Below are positions 24,214 to 64,000 of a stretch of 64,000 nt of DNA, piece by piece. Source of the DNA: Hormiphora californensis (taxonomy: Eukaryota; Animalia; Ctenophora); contig CM035357.1 of assembly GCA_020137815.1 (NCBI GenBank), positions 6,510,001 through 6,574,000 on the forward strand. Direction: 5' to 3'. How positions within the stretch are numbered: position 1 is the stretch's first letter; the number at the start of each line of letters is the position of its first letter. The translations under genes and the position numbers were made by a program. The notes below the pieces were generated by a model. It made no database searches, was not told the origin of the DNA, and was given only the letters and a program-made list of their open reading frames with translations.

Positions 24214-25193
24214 ATGTCCCTGGCTCTGCCGAGTCTGGGCAAGCAGACAGTTGTGGAGGAGGCCCTGCTGAAGAAGATGGCCCAACTGCACAACAAGAGG
24301 AGGCAACTAAAGGAGAAGAAGGAGGCAGAGGAGAAGGCAAAACTAGCTGAACAACGGAAACCAGGTATCAATTAGGGGTTCTAATTATATTTAATTATTA
24401 GCCCAAACTCATGTTAGCATTTTAACGACATAGTATCAAAGTTAGAATAGCAAATCAAATGATGAAACCAAGATTTTAGAGTTTTCCTTTCAGTGACAAT
24501 GTCAAAGGCGGAGACTATCCTGGCTGCAAAGCGTGTCCTCCAGGCGGATGCCGCTAAGAAGGCCGAGAAAGAGAAAAGCAAACTCTTCGGTAAGGGCCGG
24601 ATTGTTAAATTGTTACTAATTGTGAAACAATGTCACTGATACTAATTCAAACTGCTTCCCGACTCCAACCACTATATCTTCCCCTCGTAGGCTTTAAAAA
24701 GTCAGTTGGGTACGAGAGGAACAGAGGTCCCCGTCGGAAGGAGATCCGAGCACGACCCCTCACCATGGAGGACTCCCCAGAGAGGCCATCTCCCTCCAAG
24801 AAACCTAGACAAGTCTCTTCTGAGGGGGGTCACCAGCAGAGCCAGCAGCAGCAGCAGCTGGGGAACAGCCAACCCACACAGAGAAAGAACAATAATAACC
24901 AACAACAACAACACCAGAAAGCATTCAAATACTTTGATCATGTTAGTGTATTACGAAGACCTTTATTAGTTAGTGCTCACATGTTCTATAACAGTTCACA
25001 TTTCACGTAACTATTAACATCTCTCTCTCTCTGACACGCCGACCTTCCCCAGGACAAAGAGAAGAGCACAGAGAAATCAGTTCTGCCCCTGCCCTCAGCA
25101 GCGCCAGGCGGCAACAAATACCCCAACTTTGTGTCATCCTCAAACACCAAGAGGAAAGTTATTCAGTACGATGATAGCCTTGATATTCACTGA
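24214..25193 (+). CDS. NELFE: NELF-E-like protein (212 aa) lacking the RRM; exons 24214-24364, 24494-24589, 24691-24941, 25053-25193
   Basis: Four exons join in frame with GT-AG introns. Motifs in NELF-E order: EEALLKKMAQLHNKRRQL (cf. EEALQKKFNKLKKKKKAL), AAKRVL (cf. QAKQLV), GFKKS (cf. GFKRS), NFVSSS (cf. SFVSSS), RKVIQYDD (cf. RTQIVYSDD). Comparison is from memory of the human protein. Confidence 0.7.
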
Positions 25194-25586
25194 TTAAATA
25201 CAAACCTACTGAGACTATATATCAGAGAATCAGAGAGCTCCGAGAGAGACGTTTTGTAACCGAATCAAAAAGAGAATATATCAGTACATTTTGGTTAATC
25301 TGCAGAATAGCAACCACAGCTGATATATTATGTCCAGTAAGATGTATCTGTAATTATGTTACTGTTTGATTTACGGGGGGAGAATTAGTTTGTGTCTGTG
25401 TGCGACTAGCTGATCGAGGGAACACTATTTGGGGTGGCAGTTATCAGTTATCAGCAAGCATAATATCTTTTTCTCATGTTGTACAAATCATTCTATCATT
25501 CGTATTTTAAACCTTAACCTAAACTGATTCCCTTTACCTTTTTGAAAACTTGAGATGATATCTGCAATTCCCCATCTTATAGCGCC

Positions 25587-28500
25587 ATGTCTCTCATCTG
25601 TTCGATATCTAACGAAGTGCCTGACGAGCCTGTGATATCCCTTGTTAGTAAGCACGTGTTTGAAAGGAGGCTGTTAGAGAAGTACCTGAATGAACATGGT
25701 ACTGATCCTGTTAACAGTGAACCAATGACTGAAGATCAGGTAGAGATATATAGATGGTGTATCAACCTCAAAATAGGGCCTTATAGATGGTGTATTAGTT
25801 GGATTAGTTCGTGATGTAAATGTTGTCTAAGTTCGGTCATATATTTAGTTATTTCTCCTCCTTCTTCAATTGAGTTGGTGGTATTGCCTCCAGAATTCCA
25901 CCCATTCCAATCCCTTCTTTACAGATGGTCCCGATCAAGGCAGGTCCTGTCCAGAGACCCCGTCCTCCTACTGCTACCTCCATTCCTGCAATCTTGAAAC
26001 TCTTCCAGGTTTGTTATAGGATTCCCTTACCAATACACCATGTAAATCTGTGCTCCACTCCCCTCCTTCCCATTACTATGACTTTGTAGTAAAACCCTTC
26101 TCCTCCTCCCTGTCTCCTCCATGTCTCTGTGGTACTACCACCCCCTCCCCCCCTGTCTCCTCCCTGTATCCTCCATGTCTCTGTGGTACTACCTCCTCCC
26201 TCCCTCCCGTTACAACGTCCCCTCTCCCTCGCAGGATGAGTGGGATGCGTGTCTGCTGCACAGTTACACATTACCTCTCCTCCTCCCCTACCTACCTCCC
26301 CCTCCCTCCCTCCCGTTACAACGTCCCCTCTCCCTCGCAGGATGAGTGGGATTCCCACCATGTAACCTTTTCCCCTTACAACACACCATGTTTCTAATAC
26401 TAAAAAGTAAAAACCCTCCTCTTACTCCCTCGCAGGATGAGTGGGATGCGTGTCTGCTGCACAGTTACACATTACGCCAGCAGCTCCAGATGACCCGCCA
26501 GGAGCTCAGTTATGCCCTCTACCAGCACGATGCTGCATGTCGTGTCATTGCCCGTCAGGACAAGGAGGTGGGTGTGATTTAGATCTAGTTTTCAGTATTC
26601 TTCAGAGTTTAGTCCCTGTTTTTAGTCCTCAATCCCCCATTGTATGACGACATATCTCCCAGGTGAATGCTGCAAGAGAGGCCCTTGCTACATTGAAACC
26701 CCAGGCTGCCATTGCTGTGCAGCAGCCTGTTGAGCCTCAACTAGCTGCAGCTGCTGGTAGGATGGAACCCATGGAGGTGGACAGTAATGAGAAACAACAA
26801 CCTATTGGTAGGTGTCTGGGGGTTTGTTAGTTTGGGCTCATGTGAAGTCAGACTTTAGCTGATCTGATGCTCTGAGTCATTCATATCAGTCACATATCAC
26901 CCCATTTCCACTCACGTCCTATCAGGGTACCAAGTTGGTACTACCAAACCTAACTCACCCTGATACTCCCTCCTGCAGGTCACTCTGAGTACTAACCATA
27001 ATTTCCCACTGTCTCACTCTCTCCCATCATTCAGGTCTAGCTACTAATCCCCCACTAATTCCCCACTCTCACCCTGACACCACTATCCCATCATTCAGGT
27101 CTGTCTACTAATTTCCCACTGTCTCACACTCTCCCATCTCCAGGTCTATCTGAGGAGGTTATGCAGTCTCTCCAGGCTACCCACGTGAAGCTCACCTCTC
27201 TCCGTAGGAAGAGGGGCAAGGAGCTACCAGAGGGGGTGGCTGTACCATCACAGATCAAACAATATGAACCTGTCTCATCCCATCCTGGTCTCCACAGGTT
27301 AGTGTGTTACATGCCCATATTTGGTGTGTTGATCACGTGTGATGTGCCCATATTTGATGTGTTAATCACGTGTGATAATGCGTTCTAACTTCTAACTCCT
27401 ACCTGTCTCAGTGCGAGTACCCCGGGTATCCTGTGCCTGGACCTCCTGCCTAACACCAAGAGGACTGTTACTGGTGGTGCTGATAAGAATATTGTACTGT
27501 TTGGAAAGGAGGAGGAGAAGATTGTGTGTACCCTCAAAGGTAGGTACTGCAGTGGTAGTAGCATGATGTTTAGGTGTTCTGACAGTCAAAGAGTTACACA
27601 GCTCTGTTACCTAATTGCACACATTATATTACAGTCGGACCCCGATTTACCGGGATGCTCGGGGGAAAGGGTTTTGCCCGGTAAATCGGGGTGCCCGGTA
27701 TATCGGGGTAAAATATTGTTAATTGCCTATTTCGGGGGAAGATTATCCTCCCGGTAAATCGGGGTTCTGGTAAATCGGGGCCCGGTATATCGGGGTCCGA
27801 CTGTATCTCCAAACATATTGATCGCCTACTAACATTACATCCCCCTCCAAACCTGAGATTTGCAGTGGGATGTTATGTTAGTTTGAAGATTTGAAATCTC
27901 CAACCATATTGATAATTGCCTTCTAACGTCACACCCCCCCTCAGGGCACACTAAGAAGGTTACTAGTGTTGTGGCACATCCTAACGAGAAGGCAATTGTA
28001 TCTGCTTCTCCTGATGCCCAGGTACTAAATTAGTCGGACCTCTATTTACTCTCTGTTTGTTATGTGTTCTTACCCTCCTTTTCATTTGTAAAAGGAGCTC
28101 GAGCTAGGCAACTGAATGCCCAATTAAATCGGAGCCCGACTATACTAACTTTTTCTACTGAATGCAATTTGTTTCCATATTGCCCAGTCTTTAGTTGTAT
28201 TTAGGGAGCACCGTGTCATCAATTTAACCATTTTCAGTCAAACACTTTAAAGCGATTTTTCGTAATCTCAGCTTTTTTACGTAATCTTAGCTTTCTCGAA
28301 AATAAATTGTGCCTACTCCACAGTCCGCATCTAATGCCACAACCTCAGATTCGTATCTGGGACATTGATTCTGAGTCGTGTCGCCACGTGATGCGAGTAC
28401 ACGATGGCCCAGTTACTGGCCTGTCTCTCCACCCTACTGGGGATTATGTTCTCTCCAGTTCAACTGACCAACACTGGGCCTTCTCTGATATCCATACTGG

Positions 28501-29574
28501 TAGGTGGATCGGAGATGGGTGGAGATGGGTTTTGGGTATTGTGTTGGGCGCCGGCCGCCAGGTAGAGATGGGTATTGGATGGAGATGGGTGGAGATGGGT
28601 ATTGGGTGGTTTTTGGATGAAATTTTGGTAATTGTAGGTTAGGGTTACTGCTTACTGGCCGGGGTACGAAGTTGATATATTCCACCAATGTGTACAAAAA
28701 TGAAAAATGTACTAAATTCATTTATATAACCCTCCCTCTCGCCAGGAAAACTGCTATGCAAGGTAGCCGACCAGAGTGTTTCCCACGGTCTCACCTGCTG
28801 TCAGTTCCATCCTGACGGTCTCATCTTTGGTACTGGCACTTCTGATTCCCTCGTAAAGATCTGGGACTTCAAGGAGCAGAAAAGTGCGGCTAACTTCCCC
28901 TCTCACAGTGGCCCGATCTCTGCTCTAGCCTTCTCCGAGAACGGATACTATCTTGCTACTAGGTGAGTGATCTGAAACTAGGTTAGCGATCTGGATAGAA
29001 CATTTTTTAGTTCTGATTATCTAATTACTGTGGAATTGATTGACTGATGGCAGATCATTATAACGATCTAAACATATCTTGTGTTCCCTACTAGTGCTGA
29101 TGATGAAGTAGTGAAACTATGGGATTTGAGGAAGTTGAAGAATTTCAAGACGATCACCCTGGAGGACAAGTACACTGTGAAGAGTCTGACCTTTGATAAC
29201 AGTGGTCATTATCTGGCAGTAGCTGGACCTGATGTTAGGGTCTACCAGATCAGGTATGGGTTTTCATGGTGACTCAGGTTGCTATGGTGACATGTAAACT
29301 CTCCTCAGTCTACTAAAACCCTCCCTCGCCTCCAGTCTCCCCTTACTAACTGATAACTCTACGCTAATTCCACCCTCTTCTGACACTCCATCCCTTCCTA
29401 CCGACCCTCTAATAAAACATCCCTCCCAACAGTAAACAATGTGACCTGATCCAAACCTGGAAGGCCCATACTCAAGACGCTACCTCTGTCAAATTCGGAC
29501 CTAATGTCGATTACCTGGCGAGTGTGTCTAACGACCGTACCCTCAAGTTCTACAGTTCCTCCTCTTCTGCTTAG
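25587..29574 (+). CDS. PRPF19: Pre-mRNA processing factor 19 (U-box, coiled coil, WD40), ~11 exons
   Basis: [18 protein letters not shown]...[10 protein letters not shown] (U-box), [48 protein letters not shown]40 repeats ([52 protein letters not shown]). Approximate exon starts 25587, 25925, 26436, 26663, 27144, 27411, 27945, 28349, 28746, 29095, 29433. Confidence 0.96.
27632..27803. mobile_element. Tc1/mariner-pogo-type MITE, TA TSD
   Basis: TA|CAGTCGGACCCCGATTTACCGGG ... CCCGGTATATCGGGGTCCGACTG|TA with internal CCGGTAAATCGGGG repeats. A decayed relative lies at ~28031-28143. Confidence 0.9.
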
Positions 29575-29834
29575 TTGAGAGAGAGAGACTAGAGAGACAT
29601 TGGAGACGAGTAGCAGGATCTAGTCACCTGTTTTTATATTCAGCAAAATGAGAGGGAGGAGAATGTTATTACAATTGTTCTCACCTCTTTTATCAAGCAT
29701 TTGATTTATCTTGACAAAAATATATTTTATCCAAAACTGCTGTCTATGTGTTTATCTCCTCCTCACCCCTCCCTCCCCAGTCCCCTCTCACCCTCACTAA
29801 CCCTCCCTCTTCATGTATTATAGCTGAGAGAGCC

Positions 29835-30809
29835 ATGTCGGAGCGGCCGCGGCGTGCCATTGCGGGGGCCAACATGGCCAAGCTCCTAATGCAGGAAGAT
29901 AAGTTGGACGACTTTTACAAAACAGCATACGGAGGGTTTGAAGAGGAGGGAACAGATGGGGATTACTGTACCACAGAGAACGAACAGAGTGATATTATTG
30001 ATACTGATTTTGATGCTCCAGAAGATGTTGATGAGCCGCTGAGTGAGGAGGAGGATGGAGAGAAGAGGAAGAGGAGGAAATGGGAGGTATCTAAACCTAC
30101 CAAACGGGCTCCCCTTGGTGGTGGGGGAGAGAAGAAGGAGAAGAAGAGACAGTCTGCTCCACCCGTCATTCTGAGTGTCTCCAGACGATCCACCACAACA
30201 GTGAAGTCTGAGATCAGTAAGATCAGGAGGGACCATGAGGCTAAAAACAAGGTTAAGAGGAAAGTTGTTAAAAGGTTTGGAAGATACCCACACAGGAGGA
30301 GATATTGGAGGAATGCAGGGAGACAGAAGAGAAGAATATGGAGCTGCTCCACGCGTTCAGGCTGCACGAGGAACAGAAGAAGAAGAGTAGAGCTACTAAA
30401 CGGCGTGCAACTATGGGAGCCTATATCAGGTACCACAGCCGTGCAGCCCCCATTGTAAAACTGGGAGGATTGTCACTGACTAGTTCTCCTCAACACGGGG
30501 GCAGTTCTCAGGAACGCAAAGTTACTGATCTCCGGTACTGTACCAGGAACCTTATCACATTCTCCGATCCCAGAATAGTGCCGCCATTTCTCCAGAAACA
30601 TCAGACTAAACCTGTCCCCCATGAGAAGTCGTATTGTCCTGTTACTAGGCAACCTGCCAAGTACATTGACCCCTTGACACTGAACTCCTTATGCGAGCTG
30701 CAAGGCATTCAAAATGATAAGAGACAGTTTCAATGCGTATGAAGAAATGCGTCAGGAAGGCGGGGAAAGTGGAGGGAAGAAGGGTCGGAAAAAAGGGACT
30801 GATGATTGA
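29835..30809 (+). CDS. VPS72: YL1/Vps72 (H2A.Z chaperone of SRCAP/TIP60), intronless, two compensating homopolymer indels
   Basis: RPRRAIAGANMAKLL, FYKTAYGGFEEE.TD.DY, DTDFD, RRSTT, TQEEILEEC.ETEEKN, IRYHS, CTRNLITF, YL1-C motif CPVTRQPAKYIDPLT.TPYA...AFK.IR. Frameshifts at ~30270 (A run) and ~30684. Confidence 0.9.
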
Positions 30810-31362
30810 ATTCTGTGCCCGTCATTGCCAATTACACATTTTACAATAGCACAATTTTCCCGAACTGAACTTTAATTTGAGAATATATTCGCTGCCCGTT
30901 CTGAAAATATTCCGAAATAAATGTACATCACTGTATTTGATTTATCATTTGTTATTTTTACCAGAAAACGGCCTAGTCTTGTTTCTAAGTTTTACAATAT
31001 TTTATCATTTCCATCTTACCCTCAATTGTTTAGTGATATGATGTGCTATACAATGTGAACGCGAAGAGGAGTAGCTCTATCTACAAAGATTAATACAAAG
31101 TTAAACAATTTTTATAAGTTGTTCTTGAAGTTTTCGTCACGTTGGCTTCAACAGATCAAGTGAGTGTGCTGTCAGTTCGGGTTGGTACCCTGATTTCTGA
31201 CCTTAGCGACCATGTGCTTGATAAATGATGACCCCTTATTATCAATAGTGCAGTGTGGGGGAACTAACATCTCGAAAACTAACCTCTCCTTCCTTCTAAC
31301 CTCTAACCACTTATAAACCTCTCTCTCTCTGCCAGGGATGGGAGGAGGAGGCCTCCGGGTTA

Positions 31363-62000
<30,638 letters not shown>

Positions 62001-62775
62001 GTACGTGGTCAAAAAGTTATGAAAATTCAGTCGAAATACAAGAGTGTTTATAGTTAAAACAATCTTGCTCAGACACCACCGTACTGCTTTAAAAATGTAG
62101 AGGGGCTGATATCTAGGGGGTATCTAGGAGAAGGAGGGGGACGAGAGGAGGGGGACGAGAGAAGGTGAATCCACCACCGACATAACCGCTGCTGGAAAGG
62201 TCAACAGATATTCCGAAAACCACGGTTATAGGAAGGGGCCAGGGTGGAGAACCTTGAGTCGATGACAAAAGGTGGGTAACGTGGGTGACTGTCTGATAAC
62301 TAAAGGAAGAGTTCCAATAGGACAAGGATCGATAGAAAAAGCTGTTACGGAAAGCAGCGCTAGATTTTACTGTTCATATGGAGCACGGTCACAGTTTCAG
62401 GCGGCTGAAGTGCTAGAATGTTTAATAGAACAAAAAATAGTGGTGAAGTCGGGGGGGGGGGGGGGTGAAGTCAGTATTGTCAATAATATCTATGTTAGAT
62501 CTTGTAAGATATGATACATCAAGGGCTGATTTGATATAAAAATAGTCAGAAAGTGAGACGGGTGCATAGGCAATCATCACTTTATAAAGTAACTTCATAT
62601 CATTGAACTTGAATTGAAGGTGAATAGGTTAGGATCTTGTGGTAAGGTGACTGTGGTAGATCTCTAGCTAGTGAGGTGTGAGACACCCAGTACCCACTTG
62701 ATTGACCTCATCCGAGCAGCTTCCAGTGAATCGAGCAACCCAACAGAGTGGGGAGCCCAAACTGGAGAGCAGTGC

Positions 62776-63894
62776 TCAAGAAGAGATCAAACCAAAGTAA
62801 GAAACAGAACCTGGCGTTGATGAGAGTTAAGTGAGTTGTTCTAGGTCGAATCTGTCAAGGAAGCGTTCAAGAATTTGCTCCGTCTGGTCAGTCCATGAAA
62901 GCTTGATATTGACAAGCACACCCATAAAAATAAGCGGGTTAACTTACCAATTTTATCACACTGTGGTATATCACTTGACCACGATCCGTCATCCTGACAA
63001 GTCAATGTTTTGCTCCCCATTATTATGATATGGTTGGCAGCACATTCAATTGTAACAATTGTCCCTGTTGGTGAGGTAGCCCACTCTCCTTGCATTGATC
63101 CCTCCACAGTGAAGGCTGGACACTCTGGTGCTGAATGGAAATAATATGTAGAGAAATTGGTGCGAGTTCTATAGCTTTGTTATGTAATTTACAGGTGATG
63201 TGCAGTTGTAGTTCATTGTAATTGAACCATATATACTACACCACTACAACACTATAATTATGCACAATACTAGTGGTTAAATCATTAAATTGAGACCCTT
63301 ACCTGCTCTGTAGAAGTCAGATGCTTCGTCAAGTTTGTGAAACTTGATCTTCTCCGCATCACCACCCCACCTTGTAACACAGCTGCTCTTTGGACTATCT
63401 GTGAACAGGTAGTTCAGCACCTCAACATTATTACATCTGATGATAAAGGCGGTCTCTGTTTTGGTGAACGTCCATATATTCTCCGCCCCAACCGGGGGCT
63501 CTACTGGCAGGTCTGGGTATACGCTGGGAGTGCAGTACTCTATATAATACTTCATTGTGGACATCACAGCCACCCAACTGATAGTTTTGCCGTCCGTACC
63601 ATATATATACAAATAGGTATTACCACCCTTTGTAGAGCCCGTCTTTATCTGGAAAGGTGTTCCCTCCAGGTCCCAGGGTATCATCACATCCTTCTCCACA
63701 GCTGTCCAGTCTGAAATACAATAATTAATATACTACATAACTACTAAAAGTAAAGTAAAACAAATACATTACACGTTTTATCATAAATTACAAAGCATCA
63801 AATATTTATTTAATATGCATGTAAAATTATGTGACGAACCTGTGAGAACAACTGTTCCACAGAGTGCAGCTGTGAAGAGAAGGAGACGTACCAT
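62776..63894 (-). CDS. Small secreted protein (~226 aa): signal peptide, unnamed ~135-aa beta-rich domain, Sushi/CCP domain; nested antisense in a UPF2 intron
   Basis: Exons 63840-63894 (MVRLLLFTAALCGTVVLT), 63303-63710 (WTAVEKDVMIPWDLEGTPFQIKT...SDFYRA), 62948-63130 (C...TIVTIEC...GSKTLTCQDDGSWSSDIPQC) and 62776-62810 join with phase-1 GT-AG introns. Confidence 0.82.
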
Positions 63895-64000
63895 CACTTA
63901 TAACATAATAAATGAGAGTGTTAAGTAAACTTTTGACCTTTACTTGTCAGGCACTGACTGTAACATCTCGCAGTCGCACACTGAAATCACCCGGATGCTA

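Overview
Intron-rich eukaryotic (animal) genomic DNA, most likely a ctenophore. That assignment is an inference from recalled repeat and domain families and cannot be verified here. Minus strand, left: complete 8-exon BCKDHA (1485-10085), followed closely by the first two exons of protein phosphatase inhibitor-2 (PPP1R2). The middle holds a ~9.4-kb TIR-bounded nest of transposon debris (10401-19754): a 1.15-kb tandem duplication, CR1/L2-type LINE fragments and a foldback element. Plus strand: six tightly packed, co-oriented housekeeping genes (XPNPEP1, a GT43 pseudo-glucuronosyltransferase, an RRM-less NELF-E homologue, PRPF19, VPS72/YL1, UPF2). Each has a splice acceptor just before its start codon, suggesting an SL trans-spliced operon. 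UPF2 spans 31.3 kb to beyond the window end, and its introns host three complete nested genes (a TSP1/GPI surface protein, a DRAK/DAPK-like kinase on the same strand, a Sushi protein). They also hold a 2.5-kb poly(A)-tailed non-coding retroposed insert with TSD, a 122-bp G-U-rich hairpin retroposon and many MITEs. Tandem duplications of splice junctions recur across several introns. Many ORFs in the supplied track are microsatellite or antisense artefacts. No rRNA, tRNA or CRISPR array was recognised.
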